DNA of 64,000 nt from Candidatus Melainabacteria bacterium 17Bon1m (GCA_032128875.1 JAVLKG010000007.1:224001-288000), one strand, 5' to 3'; shown: positions 47,525 to 58,464, numbered from the stretch's first letter. Notes: a model not told the origin generated them from the letters alone. A program made the numbers and translations.

Positions 47525-49993
47525 CTAACGCGTTATAAATCCCGGTACTGGCGATTTCTTCGCTGGTACCGTATTTGTTTTTGGCTTTGCAACTGGCGGT
47601 TTTGTGTCAATTGGTTTGCTCTTCGCGTCAAATCTAGCAGCGCCGGCAGATGTGGCTGATTTGGCTTGGACCTTTTTCGTACTCAGAGCTTTTACTTCGT
47701 CAGCTTGTGGGTAATAGTGTCGCAGTTGTTCGGCGACTAACCTGGCTACGTCAGTTTGTCCTGTTGCTGTAGCCAGACGGTATTTAGCCCAGAGCCCCTG
47801 CCAGTTCGTAGGCTCCAATGTGAGTGCCTGGTTGAACACCTTTTCGGCCATATCATTGTGATTCAATTGCACTAGAATCAATCCGGCTGCCACCATCACT
47901 AGTGGCTCGGTCGGGCCTAGCTTTGCAGCGGCACCAAGTGTTTTTCTTGACGCAACAAAGTCTTCTTGCGATTTTGCGTGCTTCAGGCGAGACATGCTCA
48001 TGATCGATGCGACTTGTGCTTGCACTTTTGCGTCGCGTGTACTCTCGGCTAGTTTCATCGCATCGTCAAAGCGCTTCAAGGCAATTTCCTGCCCTTCTGT
48101 GTCCTTCTTGGCTGCTGCTACATCCCATTCGATGGCGGCCGAACTCGCCTTGGCCAGGGCTTCTATGGTCGGAAAGCCCAGGTCTTTTGCGTCTTCGGCG
48201 ACTCGCAAAACTGCTTTGATATTGTTGGTACTGGATGTGGTATCGGGGTGATTAAGCTGCTGCTGCAGAATTGCCTCCATGCGGGCCGTCAATTCGTTTG
48301 CCTTGCGCTTTTCAGGAGTGGTCTCTAAGAGCAATCTCTGACCGCGGTAATCTACGGTCATGCGATAGCGGCTCCAAAATGGATTGCCTAATACAGCTAA
48401 TTTAGTGCCTCCCGAGAATATTCCTGCCGGCACTGCTGCATTCTGTGAAGCCACTGAGAAGACCGGGTTGTTGACCGAAATCGGTCCTAGTTTGATGTTG
48501 TTGAACCTTACAGAGCTGGTTTTGATGCGGCGACCGTCTAATCCGAGCACGTCGCCCATGGGAAGAAGCGAGCTTGGCAAAATTGATTTGACTACGCCTT
48601 CGGAAATATTGTTGAATGCAGCTCCTGTATCCACCAGGCATGTCACAGGGACAGCACCATCCAAGATACCTTCCACGGCCAGACCTGAAACGCCCAGAGC
48701 GGGTTTTGTCTTGACGATTTCCACATTCGTCAAATCCGGTGTTTCTGAAGGATCTCGCAGTGTAAGCGTCTTTTTCTCGTAATCAAAAGTGATCAAAAAT
48801 CGCTTCAAAATATTGGCGCCAATCAGTCCGGCCGGGCGTGCGCCGATCAAGTGATCGAAGCTAGCCAAGCTGGTTACGGCAAAGGGGACATTGCTAAGTG
48901 AAACATCTCCCAAAGCAACTTTATCCAAGTTCATGTAGTTCATTGCCACGCTGCCCGCGCCCGTGGTCATAGAAATATTGGAAGCTTTGAACTTGCCTAA
49001 AGTGCCCGCTACATCTTGATCGAGAATGCTTTGTGTAGCGCCTGTATCTACCAGGAATCTCAAAGTTTGACTGTCGTTGAGCGTGACGCGCACCACTATT
49101 TCATTGGACAGATATTCAAATGGAATTGTCACCGGGCCTTTTTTTAGCCTGGCGATGGGTCTTTCCGTGGGGATGCTGAAAATTGAATCTTCTACATCTA
49201 CCTGCGCGATAGATTTGATATCAGTCTCGGCAGATTTCTTGTCGTTGCTGAATTCTGTGATGTGATAAGGCATTACAGAACCAAGAATTGGTCGATTGTC
49301 TTTGTATTCGCAAATTTTTGAAGAGGCGATACCTTGTTCTAGATCAGTGCCCATATAGTCGCTGCGCAAGATCAGATGAGTTTCGTCGTCAGCGTAAAAG
49401 GTTGATGGTTTGCCATCTTCCGCATAAATCTTCAAGCCTGAGCAAGGCCGTCCGTTTACTTCCCTTCTGTCCGCTGCTTCGATTCGGGCATTCGGTTCTC
49501 CCAGTTTGAGCAGCAGCACCATGCCGTGTTTCACTTCTTCGACGATTCTCTGAGTCGTGGTTTCATCGGCCGGAAAAACATGCTCACCTTGCTGAATCCA
49601 GCATTGCTTGCCATCATATCCGGTGACCATCGGTTGACCCATCAACTCGATTTTCGAGCGCATCATCTCGCCTTTAGAGATGGTCTCAGTTTCAAAATTA
49701 TTGCAGGCGCCGGAAATCGTAGAGAATTGCTTTAAGTCCCCAACACTTTTGAAAGCCATTGCGTCCAGCTCTTTCATTTTGGCGTAACCGCCATAAGCGT
49801 CCAAAATCTGCTTCGAGAGTTCTTTTACATTGATAGGCGAAGTCGAGCGATGCTTCGCGGCGCTGCTCGTGTCTGCTGAGTTGAATGCTTCCTGTTTGTC
49901 CTGAGCGGACCAAACTGGAGGAGCAGAGGTGCTAACAAGTAAAGAGAAAAAAACTAAAAGAGCACTCGCTCGCCGAATACGGTACTTAACCAT
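47525..49993 (-). CDS. Exported retropepsin-like aspartyl protease (two DTGA domains) with N-terminal LolA-like region and C-terminal TPR
   Basis: FLVDTGA...GLIGANIL and CLVDTGA...VLGNPFW; signal peptide; helical TPR-like tail. Confidence 0.82.
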   Translation of the reverse strand: MVKYRIRRASALLVFFSLLVSTSAPPVWSAQDKQEAFNSADTSSAAKHRSTSPINVKELSKQILDAYGGYAKMKELDAMAFKSVGDLKQFSTISGACNNFETETISKGEMMRSKIELMGQPMVTGYDGKQCWIQQGEHVFPADETTTQRIVEEVKHGMVLLLKLGEPNARIEAADRREVNGRPCSGLKIYAEDGKPSTFYADDETHLILRSDYMGTDLEQGIASSKICEYKDNRPILGSVMPYHITEFSNDKKSAETDIKSIAQVDVEDSIFSIPTERPIARLKKGPVTIPFEYLSNEIVVRVTLNDSQTLRFLVDTGATQSILDQDVAGTLGKFKASNISMTTGAGSVAMNYMNLDKVALGDVSLSNVPFAVTSLASFDHLIGARPAGLIGANILKRFLITFDYEKKTLTLRDPSETPDLTNVEIVKTKPALGVSGLAVEGILDGAVPVTCLVDTGAAFNNISEGVVKSILPSSLLPMGDVLGLDGRRIKTSSVRFNNIKLGPISVNNPVFSVASQNAAVPAGIFSGGTKLAVLGNPFWSRYRMTVDYRGQRLLLETTPEKRKANELTARMEAILQQQLNHPDTTSSTNNIKAVLRVAEDAKDLGFPTIEALAKASSAAIEWDVAAAKKDTEGQEIALKRFDDAMKLAESTRDAKVQAQVASIMSMSRLKHAKSQEDFVASRKTLGAAAKLGPTEPLVMVAAGLILVQLNHNDMAEKVFNQALTLEPTNWQGLWAKYRLATATGQTDVARLVAEQLRHYYPQADEVKALSTKKVQAKSATSAGAARFDAKSKPIDTKPPVAKPKTNTVPAKKSPVPGFITR

Positions 49994-50167
49994 CGAAATC
50001 AAACCTTTTTCTAGTTCCCCATTAGATTTACCCGTGGCAACCGAGTGCATCTATCGATATACTTTCACACTTCATTAGTTATATGTACTTTCCGATTTGC
50101 CTGAAGCACCCTGCCCGGAAAAGTGCTATAGTGACTTGACTGCAATTTGTAATCAAGCAACTACAAT

Positions 50168-50761
50168 ATGGCTGAAAAGACTTCAAATATTAGCCTCCGC
50201 ATCCCGGACGAGTACCGAAAGCGCCTCCAGCTTCAAGCTGATAAGAAGGGTATAAGCTTTAATGCTCATCTGTTGCGAGTTATGGAGATTCATTTGATGA
50301 ACTCCGGCTTCGGTCCGACGTCACTGACATCCGCGTCAGGGCGCCTTTTCCAGATACGTTGCGAACCCTACATTGACAACATAGATGAAACTACTTGGGC
50401 TTATTTTATAGATGAGCCGAAATTTGAAAAGGAAAGAGCATATTATTTGATTGGCATTGGACGAACCATCCTTCGAGATTGGCAAGTGAAGGATAAGGGT
50501 CAAGTGTCGAAAGAAGTTGGTTTGGCTTTGCTTAGTTACTACACCAAGCGAGGTATGGAAGCAGACCGGCTTGTGTGGAATCAGTACCCTGGTCCGGAAA
50601 ACGACGGACGCAGGGTCCTGCAAGTCGCTGAAGTGCCTGAAACGCTTGAGCAATTGCTGGACCTTCTCATGACCGACAATTGGGTCGACAAATATGTCTC
50701 CCAGGATGAAAAGAGCCAGGACATTCGGAGAGGTCGCCCAGAGTCAGCGCTGTATCGCTGA
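50168..50761 (+). CDS. Protein with N-terminal ribbon-helix-helix (Arc/HicB-like) DNA-binding domain
   Basis: NISLRIPDEYRKRLQLQADKKGISFNAHLLRVM. Confidence 0.7.
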   Translation: MAEKTSNISLRIPDEYRKRLQLQADKKGISFNAHLLRVMEIHLMNSGFGPTSLTSASGRLFQIRCEPYIDNIDETTWAYFIDEPKFEKERAYYLIGIGRTILRDWQVKDKGQVSKEVGLALLSYYTKRGMEADRLVWNQYPGPENDGRRVLQVAEVPETLEQLLDLLMTDNWVDKYVSQDEKSQDIRRGRPESALYR

Positions 50762-50783
50762 GTAATTCGGATCGAGGTCATTA

Positions 50784-51644
50784 ATGCTGGAATTTATCAC
50801 AGTCTTCTTAGTCAGCTACGTACTCCACGCTTGTGGAATCACGATTGGCTATCACCGTCTTCTTTCGCACCGTTCTTTCACGTGCCCGAAGCCGGTCGAG
50901 TACTTCTGGGTTTTTATGGGCTTGCTGGCGTTTGAAGGTTCACCAATCTGGTGGGCTACTATTCACCGCGCTCACCACCGCTGGACCGACACCGAAAAGG
51001 ATCCGCATTCACCGCGCAACGGTTTGATGTACTCCCTCACTGGTTGGTTGAGTGAAAAGGAATACTTGCCGCATCTCGATCCGCACACCCAGTGCAAAGA
51101 TTTGTTCAAGGATCCGATCTACAGATTCATGGAATGCAACGGCAACTTGCCTGCTGGTCACGCGCTTTCCTTCGCCATCGGCTTTGGCTTCAGAGGTATT
51201 CTCTGGGCGCTGTTTGGTTGGCAGGTTGCGCTTGCAAGTTTGCTTGCGGGATTTGCCGTACTGACTATTCCGCTGATGCTCAACGTAGTTTGCCACCTGC
51301 CGGCTCTCGGTTACAAGCTCTACGCCAGTGATGACGACAGCGTAAATGTCTGGTGGGTTGGACTTCTCGCCATGGGCGAAGGTTGGCACAACAATCACCA
51401 TGCTTCACCTGGTTCTGCCAGAACCGGCATGATGCCTTGGGAATTCGACCTTTCCTGGCTGATCATCAAAACCATGCACAAGTTCAAGCTTGTAACACGC
51501 ATGAACGTTGCTACCCACTATCAGCTGTATCGCGCATCAATGAAGCGTCAGTTGATCCAGGCGCGTGCAGGCAAAGTCCCGGCACATCGTCCGATCGACG
51601 TTACATCGCGCAAGCGCAAACGGGCTCGCGTACGGGCTTCCTGA
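50784..51644 (+). CDS. Delta-9 acyl-lipid/acyl-CoA desaturase (DesC/OLE1-like)
   Basis: GYHRLLSHRSF, HRAHH..D...DPHSP, GEGWHNNHH. Confidence 0.92.
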   Translation: MLEFITVFLVSYVLHACGITIGYHRLLSHRSFTCPKPVEYFWVFMGLLAFEGSPIWWATIHRAHHRWTDTEKDPHSPRNGLMYSLTGWLSEKEYLPHLDPHTQCKDLFKDPIYRFMECNGNLPAGHALSFAIGFGFRGILWALFGWQVALASLLAGFAVLTIPLMLNVVCHLPALGYKLYASDDDSVNVWWVGLLAMGEGWHNNHHASPGSARTGMMPWEFDLSWLIIKTMHKFKLVTRMNVATHYQLYRASMKRQLIQARAGKVPAHRPIDVTSRKRKRARVRAS

Positions 51645-51688
51645 GGCGGGTTGCATAGTCTGGGGTTGCAAACCCCATCAAAGATTCA

Positions 51689-51715
51689 GAAAGCCGGCGG
51701 TAAGCCGGCTTTTTT
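51689..51715 (+). terminator. Rho-independent terminator
   Basis: AAAGCCGGC-ggtaa-GCCGGCTTT plus T run. Confidence 0.8.
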
Positions 51716-52070
51716 GTGTTTGTTTTTCCTGTGCCAAAGTTCAGTCACAGTTTCATCATAAGTAGCCGGTAGATTGACAGTGGGAGTGATGACAGCCCAT
51801 CACTCCGATTTCTTGACCGGTCGTTCCACTTCTTGTTCGGGCAAATGGCGAGTCCCTCCCACCGGACTTGCTTTCGCCTTTGAGCGCGTTTTAAACGCCT
51901 CTCAAACGCCTCTCAATTGCGTCTCAAAGGGGTCTCAAGCGCTTCTGGTCCTGTTTTGAGTGCGTCTCGGTTGATACTTGAGTAATTGCGCTCGGTGAAG
52001 GACAATAGCTGACTTGGTATAACTGACTTTCCGGTCTTGCCGAGAGGTGGTTTTGATTTTGGAAAATGCA

Positions 52071-52937
52071 ATGTCGCCTGTGAAAACGCAAGTGCTCGAC
52101 AGCATCGATGCAGTTCGCCTCTGGCGCCGCGCGGCCAGTGTCGCCGGAGAAAGAGTTGGTTTTGTGCCAACGATGGGCGCCCTTCATGAAGGGCATCTGA
52201 CCCTCATGCGCGCTGCACGCAAAGAATGCGACAGAGTTATTGCTTCCATTTTCGTCAACCCGTTGCAGTTCGCCCCTCACGAAGATTTCGGCAAATATCC
52301 GCGCACTTTCGATCGTGACCTCGAACTGATGAGTCAGGAAGGTGTGGACGCTGTCTTTTATCCCAATGAAAAGGAAATGTATCCAGAAGGCCGCGAGTCG
52401 GTCACCAGGGTCATGCCTCCGACAGAATTGGCTGATTGCCTGGAAGGACATTTCCGCCCCGGTTTTTTTGTCGGCGTAGCCACCGTTGTGGCCAAGCTTT
52501 TCAACATTGTTCTTCCTGAAGCGGCCTTCTTTGGTGAAAAGGATTATCAACAATTGCTGGTCGTAAAACGCATGGTGCATGATTTGAACTTGCCGATTCA
52601 GGTCACTCCGGTTGCGACTGTTCGCGAGAATGACGGATTAGCGCTCAGCAGCCGTAATGTTTATCTCTCCGATGCAGAAAGAAAAGTCGCGCCGCTACTA
52701 AATCGCACGCTCAATTTTGTAAAAGACTCGGCGCAATCTGGACAGTTGAGTCTGGAAGCGGCGCTGGAAAAAGGCCGCAATGACTTGCTGGCGTTGGAGG
52801 GGGTCGAACTGCAGTATTTGGAAGCGAGGCATGGCGAGACTTTCCAGCCTGCCACTCAGTTTGAATTGCCGACAGTCATTTTGCTCGCGGCAAAACTGAA
52901 GAGCGTGCGTTTGATTGATAATGTCGTGGCACGCTGA
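52071..52937 (+). CDS. panC: Pantoate--beta-alanine ligase
   Basis: GFVPTMGALHEGH, SIFVNPLQF, FGEKDYQQ, RENDGLALSSRN, RLIDN. Confidence 0.97.
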   Translation: MSPVKTQVLDSIDAVRLWRRAASVAGERVGFVPTMGALHEGHLTLMRAARKECDRVIASIFVNPLQFAPHEDFGKYPRTFDRDLELMSQEGVDAVFYPNEKEMYPEGRESVTRVMPPTELADCLEGHFRPGFFVGVATVVAKLFNIVLPEAAFFGEKDYQQLLVVKRMVHDLNLPIQVTPVATVRENDGLALSSRNVYLSDAERKVAPLLNRTLNFVKDSAQSGQLSLEAALEKGRNDLLALEGVELQYLEARHGETFQPATQFELPTVILLAAKLKSVRLIDNVVAR

Positions 52938-53821
52938 TGGACGAAATCAAGTCACTGGCTGTAATTGGTCCTGGAAGAGTTGGGACTGCAATCGCTGTTG
53001 CAGCTAGGCGTGCCGGAATTCGCGAAATTTACTTGGGTGGACGTCATCTCGATAAAGTCGAGCAGTCCGCACGATTGGTAGAAGGTGCAAAGGCGTGGCG
53101 TATGGCGGAAGCCGCTCATCACGCGGATATTGTTCTTATTTCAGTAAGCGACAGTTCAGTTGAATTGGTGGCGAAACAGCTCGCTGAGGAAGACGCCTTT
53201 CGCAAGGGAGCTGTAGTCGCGCATTTGAGCGGTGCACTCGATAGCAGCGTTTTGAAGCCTGCTAAGACGTTGTGCGGCGCATTTATTGCTTCTGCGCATC
53301 CATTGAATACATATCCGTCCGTTGCGGCTGCGGTTGATGAAAAGCCCGGTACGCACTGGTTTTTGGAAGGGGACGCCGAAGCAATTGAGAAGCTTTCTCG
53401 ATTAATTTCTGTGATTGGTGATTTGCCTCATGCCATCACCGGTGAAGGCAAAGCTATCTATCATGCTGCTTCTGTTGTTGCCTGCAACTATCTCTCAACC
53501 CTTATGGATACTGCGCTCGAGATGATGGTCCAAGCAAAAGTAGAGAAGGACGTCGCCTGGAAGGCTTTGAGACCGCTTGTATTTGCCACTATGAGCAATA
53601 TCGATAATATCGGTCCCCAAGCAGCTCTCACGGGACCCATAGCGCGTGGTGATGAAGTCACTGTGGAGAAACACATGCAAGCAATGCACAATTCTTCAGA
53701 AGAGCAAAGAAGGCTTTATGCTGCTCTGGGATTGAAAACAGTGGATCTTGCTTTGCGCAAAGGAAGCATCGACGAAAATGCGGCCAATAAAATCACGCAA
53801 AAGTTGAAGCAAATGTTTTAA
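52937..53821 (+). CDS. Rossmann-like + DUF2520 oxidoreductase (PanG-type ketopantoate reductase candidate)
   Basis: IGPGRVG, HLSGA, HPL, YHAASVVACN, ALTGPIARGD; TGATG overlap with panC. Confidence 0.85.
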   Translation: MDEIKSLAVIGPGRVGTAIAVAARRAGIREIYLGGRHLDKVEQSARLVEGAKAWRMAEAAHHADIVLISVSDSSVELVAKQLAEEDAFRKGAVVAHLSGALDSSVLKPAKTLCGAFIASAHPLNTYPSVAAAVDEKPGTHWFLEGDAEAIEKLSRLISVIGDLPHAITGEGKAIYHAASVVACNYLSTLMDTALEMMVQAKVEKDVAWKALRPLVFATMSNIDNIGPQAALTGPIARGDEVTVEKHMQAMHNSSEEQRRLYAALGLKTVDLALRKGSIDENAANKITQKLKQMF

Positions 53822-54341
53822 CAATTTCCCTTTGCGCTACATTAAACGAAAGGTCCAGCCTGTCAGCTTTTATAAAGAATCAACATTTGTCCTTTCGTTC
53901 GGTTACGAAGTTCAAAATTTGTCGAATTCATTGCATATTTGCGACATATTCATTGAAACTGGCTTGGGCTGTTGATTTGAAAAGATGAAACGCGAATTTC
54001 GACTCTTTCAGAAAAATTCTTAGCGCAGAGTAATTTGATCGTTTGTATATACGCCCTGGGGCGTCTTTGGCGACTCTTGGACCTCTTTATGCTTATGCGA
54101 ACGTGTTGCATTTTGGTCTCATCGGGAAATTACAAATGAGGTTAAACCTTGCCTGAAGGGGTTGTCATCCTCATTAGACGCGTTTAGACTTGTGGAGTTA
54201 AGCGCGATGTTTCATTGCCATGCATTAAATCAAGTACCGGCCTGGTTGCGGGCTGTGTGCCGGATTCTTCGCGCCAACTTCCAGGGTTTCAGAATCGCAC
54301 TGTTATAGCGTTCTGAATGAGAGCTAGAGAAAGGGGTTTTT

Positions 54342-55547
54342 ATGCTGATCTCGACTGCTAACTTCGCGAGCAGCGCTGGCAGTGTAACGAGCATTGCTCC
54401 AAAGCCTTATGTTTCTGTGCAAGCAGAGATTAGTGCTGCCACCGCGACACGCATGAGCGTGCTTATTGATGGTGATGCGGCGCTTGCTGTTTCCTGCCTT
54501 CTAGCGCAGAACGGTCACTCAGTGCGTGTTTGTGCTTTGAATAAAACAGCGCAAACACCTGCCGAATTTGAAATCAGAACCCGTCATGCCAGTGTTGGAA
54601 GTTTTCGTGGCAGAGTCCCTTATAGAAGTATAGAGACTGATATCGAGAAGGTTTTCTACGAGTCTGATGCAATCATTATTTCCAGCCCTGCCACTGAATA
54701 TGGTGCAATGGTTGAGAAGATTGTTTCTCATCTGCGTCATCAGCAAACCATTCTTTTAGTAAATGCTCCGCTGGGAGCTGGTATGCAATTTGCTCATGCC
54801 ATCAAAGCGACTGGAGCCGATTTACAGCTCAATATTGTGGAGATGGGCACGCTTTTCGATTGCGCAAAAGTGGAAGCCGATGTTCTCCTTATCACCGGAT
54901 TGCGAGACAACGTAAGTGTTTCTGCCAACAAGCGCAATGAAATGCGCAGAGGCTTGTTTGTCGCTAACGCAGTGGCAAAAGGGCTTGTGCCTTCATCGAA
55001 TTCTATCGAGCGTGGACTTTCCGATGTGGAGCGTATGCTTCGCCCGACACTCCTGGTGGCAGGTATGCTCGGCGGAAGAGATGTTTCTCTTGACAATATT
55101 CAATCTTGGTTGAACCCTTCTCTGGTATCGATCGTTTCTCGCTTGGACGCCGAAATACAGGGTCTTGCCAGGGTTTTCAAGGGTGTTGTGCCATCCTTCT
55201 CGCGAGCTCTGCGAGAGTTTGCAATCAATGCACCTATTGCAGAGATCGGCGCGACCGAAGAGTTGGAGCCACTTTTGCTCAAACTCGGGCAGAGCATGTT
55301 TGATACCGCCGATGGAGTTGACCTCGGTACGGTCAATGAGTTTGTAAAACGCGATATCGTTGAAACCCTGATTCTAATTGCCGATTTTGCCCGCTTGGCA
55401 AGATATCAAATGCCTGTACTGCAGAGCGTTATTCAACTTGGCGAAGTAATTCTGGGCAGCGAATTTGCAAAAGAAGGTCGTAAGCTTGAAGACCTCGGTC
55501 TGGTCGGCTTCGACATCGATGAGATTGTGGAACTGTTTAACGCCTAG
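54342..55547 (+). CDS. Opine (octopine/nopaline) dehydrogenase-like protein, degenerate
   Basis: Overall layout resembles the family (vestigial Rossmann N-terminus, LD.E...LA, R.I.E....D.ARLA...P...SVI.L...ILG..F...GR.LEDLGL), but GxGxxG is absent. Confidence 0.6.
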   Translation: MLISTANFASSAGSVTSIAPKPYVSVQAEISAATATRMSVLIDGDAALAVSCLLAQNGHSVRVCALNKTAQTPAEFEIRTRHASVGSFRGRVPYRSIETDIEKVFYESDAIIISSPATEYGAMVEKIVSHLRHQQTILLVNAPLGAGMQFAHAIKATGADLQLNIVEMGTLFDCAKVEADVLLITGLRDNVSVSANKRNEMRRGLFVANAVAKGLVPSSNSIERGLSDVERMLRPTLLVAGMLGGRDVSLDNIQSWLNPSLVSIVSRLDAEIQGLARVFKGVVPSFSRALREFAINAPIAEIGATEELEPLLLKLGQSMFDTADGVDLGTVNEFVKRDIVETLILIADFARLARYQMPVLQSVIQLGEVILGSEFAKEGRKLEDLGLVGFDIDEIVELFNA

Positions 55548-56093
55548 TGGCAAGAATTGCGGGCGAGCCGCCCGCGCTCCCAGGTTTGTACACCATTGAG
55601 AGAGTGCGGCCAGCTACGTCACAACTTGCGCCAGTTAGCTTCAATTCGCAGTGAAAACGGCTAAAAATCGGCTGGGTTGGCATTTCACCCGCGCTAGTTA
55701 AACTGCCTCTTTTGATCTTTGGTTTTCAAGGTGATTGAACCGTGATAGCTGAAGCTAATAGCCTATGGAAGTTTTGCTGCCATATGTTTCTCCAGGAGTC
55801 CCCTTTAACTTAGTTTCCCGATAAAAGTCTCTGTTTCCCATACAGGTCTTTGGATGCGTCCCCCGCGGGATGTGATGGAAACGTGGTTCAAGTGGCGCTG
55901 CTTGATTGGAGCAAAATTCAGAAAAGTTCTGGTGTGGCCCTGAAGATGTGCTCGCGCAACGACGATGTACGCGCGCTCATGTCTTTTGGTCCTGGATGCG
56001 CAGATTTGCCGACTGATGCTCAGTTCGCAGATGCTGCCCCTCCCGCACCACAAAAATAACAGCCGACTTTTAGTCGTGCGAGGAATCCCAACT

Positions 56094-57140
56094 ATGGTCA
56101 AATTCATAACTCCGGAGGTCCTCGACCGTCTGGGCTACAGCCGTGTGTCCGAGATAACCGATGAGGAAATCTGGGACACCCTGATCACGCCTATGACCAA
56201 AGGACTTCTAGGCAAAATCCTGCGCAAGGATGCGCCCAAACTGATGGAGACCGTTGCCGGCAAGTTCCCTGGCGACGAGGTCACGAACTTGAACAACCAC
56301 CTGCTCTACGGGCAGCCTGGTTTCGTTCGTTACCCCTACCTGCACACCTTCTGGAAGACCCGCCACGGAGCCGTCGTCATCAAACGCGACCGCCTGAAAT
56401 TCGAGGTCCTCTGCTGGTACGGTGATGTCGAAAAAAATCGCGGCGAGTTGATTTACAAAGCTGGTCTGCGCGATCGCCGTTTTGACGGCACTCCGCAGGC
56501 AAACGATTGTGCTCTGCTCGACTTTCCGTACGACGACCCAGTCTTCAACCGCCAGATAGCACCCGGCCTTCGCTCGGTCGAGCTGTCTGTCTACGGTTTT
56601 ATGCCCGGGTCGAAGATTTCGGAGGGCGATGGCGACACTGAGTTCGAGAGCTTTATTCAGCAGCCCTTCCAGTTCCTGGACCGCCCTGAGAAATTCATGG
56701 CGCTGTTCAAGCGAGCCTGGAAAGGTCGCCGAGCTCCCGGACAATACGGCAAGCCGATCGATGACATCAGTGAAGATGTGCTTCCTGCCTTTGAACAGCT
56801 AGCGGCAAAGTACGGTTTCGACATGATCGAAGCTGCTCCAAGTCACTACCACGTTGCTCGATGGGTGCTCAACAATGGGTATACCTTCGCGTCCGCTGAG
56901 GACAAGGCGACGTTCAATGGCTTCTCCGAGGGACTGGAGCGCATTCGCGCTTCCGGCACTCCCCTGACTCGCCAACAGCAGTCCTGGGTGTGCGTGATTC
57001 AAAGCCTGAAACCGGCCGAACTCATTCCTCAGGAGCTTCAGCTTCCGGGGTTGGTTTGGCCTCAGGACAATCTCAGCAAGCGCTGCCTCTGGCTTTACCG
57101 GCCAATCTCCGAGGCGGCGAAGGCGCTAAAACTTTCCTAG
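56094..57140 (+). CDS. Hypothetical protein, tandem paralogue 1
   Basis: Collinear with 57282-58343 over its full length. Confidence 0.75.
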   Translation: MVKFITPEVLDRLGYSRVSEITDEEIWDTLITPMTKGLLGKILRKDAPKLMETVAGKFPGDEVTNLNNHLLYGQPGFVRYPYLHTFWKTRHGAVVIKRDRLKFEVLCWYGDVEKNRGELIYKAGLRDRRFDGTPQANDCALLDFPYDDPVFNRQIAPGLRSVELSVYGFMPGSKISEGDGDTEFESFIQQPFQFLDRPEKFMALFKRAWKGRRAPGQYGKPIDDISEDVLPAFEQLAAKYGFDMIEAAPSHYHVARWVLNNGYTFASAEDKATFNGFSEGLERIRASGTPLTRQQQSWVCVIQSLKPAELIPQELQLPGLVWPQDNLSKRCLWLYRPISEAAKALKLS

Positions 57141-57281
57141 CAACAGCAAATTTACTTGCTTCATCGCTTAGAGGAAGGCGGGATAACAGCACCAGGTGGT
57201 GCCGGTTCTCGCCTCCAACTTCACGCGTGTGTGGACCTCAAGTCTCCTCTCGCGTGTTGAAAAATCTAAAGGAGACCCCCT

Positions 57282-58343
57282 ATGTCCAATGCATTTCCAT
57301 CTGCAAACTTTACTGAAATGCTGGGCATTACACCGATCGCGCTGGTCTCAGATCAGCAGATTTGGGACGAGCTCCTGACACCACAGGTGAAGGCATTCCT
57401 GGGAGAAATCCAGGGAGCGCCGACTGTGCGTGTCCAGGAGACCGTGTCTGGTGAGTTTCCCGGCGATGAGGTCACCAATTTGAACGGACACCTCCTGTAC
57501 GGAAAGCCTGGCTACGTCCGGTTTCCGTACATTCAGACCGTCTACCGTACCAAGTACGGTTGCGTGATCATCAAGCGTGATGGTCTGAAGTTCAAAGTGA
57601 CAGCCTGGGTTGGCAAACGCGGCAAGCAGGAGCTCATCTTCCGAGCTTCTCTGCGTGACCGGCGCTACGACGGGACGAAGAGGGCGGACGACAGTTCGCT
57701 TCTCGACTTCACGTACGCGGACGCCATTAACGCACCGCTTCAGAAAGACGGCAAGTCGATCGACGCAAAGTCGGTCGAGCTGTCGATCTACGCGTTTATG
57801 CCTGGCTCCAAGATCGCCTCGGCGTGTGGTGACAATGCGTTCGAAGAATTCGTGCGCAATCCCTACACCTTCCTCGACCGTCCGAAGCTCTTCATCAAGT
57901 ACTTCCGGAAGGCGTGGAAAACCGAGCGGTCGCCGGGTCAGGTTGCTAACCCGATCCCCGACGTGTCCGGTATCACTCCCGCTGTTTTCGAAAAGTTCGC
58001 TACCGAAGCGGGCTACGATTTCATCGAGAACTCCTCGAGCCACTACCACATCGCAATGTGGGGTGTTTCGCTGGGCTACCGTTACACCCTGCCTGAGAAC
58101 GCCAAGGTGCTCGCCGCTTTTACTGCTGGAATCAAGCAGCTGAAGGCGAGCGGCATCGAACTGACGCGTCCTCAGGAGTCGTGGGTATGCGTCCTGCAGA
58201 GTCTGCCCAAAGAACATCTTCCCAAGGACCTCAAGGTCCTGGACCTCGCTGGTCCGGTTTGGCCCCAGGACAACATCGGTCCTGCCAACCTGTGGATGAA
58301 CAAACCGCTTACAGAGCGGGCAAAGCAGCTTCTGCCAGAGTGA
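57282..58343 (+). CDS. Hypothetical protein, tandem paralogue 2
   Basis: AAGGAG RBS; shares FPGDEVTNLN.HLLYG.PG.VR.PY, LRDRR.DGT, FMPGSKI, SHYH.A.W, SWVCV.QSL and WPQDN with paralogue 1. Confidence 0.78.
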   Translation: MSNAFPSANFTEMLGITPIALVSDQQIWDELLTPQVKAFLGEIQGAPTVRVQETVSGEFPGDEVTNLNGHLLYGKPGYVRFPYIQTVYRTKYGCVIIKRDGLKFKVTAWVGKRGKQELIFRASLRDRRYDGTKRADDSSLLDFTYADAINAPLQKDGKSIDAKSVELSIYAFMPGSKIASACGDNAFEEFVRNPYTFLDRPKLFIKYFRKAWKTERSPGQVANPIPDVSGITPAVFEKFATEAGYDFIENSSSHYHIAMWGVSLGYRYTLPENAKVLAAFTAGIKQLKASGIELTRPQESWVCVLQSLPKEHLPKDLKVLDLAGPVWPQDNIGPANLWMNKPLTERAKQLLPE

Positions 58344-58464
58344 CACAACCCGGGCGAATGCGAAAGTATTCACCCCCCAGACGTGTAATGCGTCACCTCG
58401 GCTCACCGAGGTTCACTCTAGAAAACGGTGCAGCCTGAGAAATGCACTGCTCTCTTATCGATTC

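Noticed and set aside
50168-50761. HicB antitoxin of a toxin-antitoxin pair
   Set aside because: Only an RHH domain is recognisable, and no adjacent toxin gene is present (neighbours are a protease and a desaturase).
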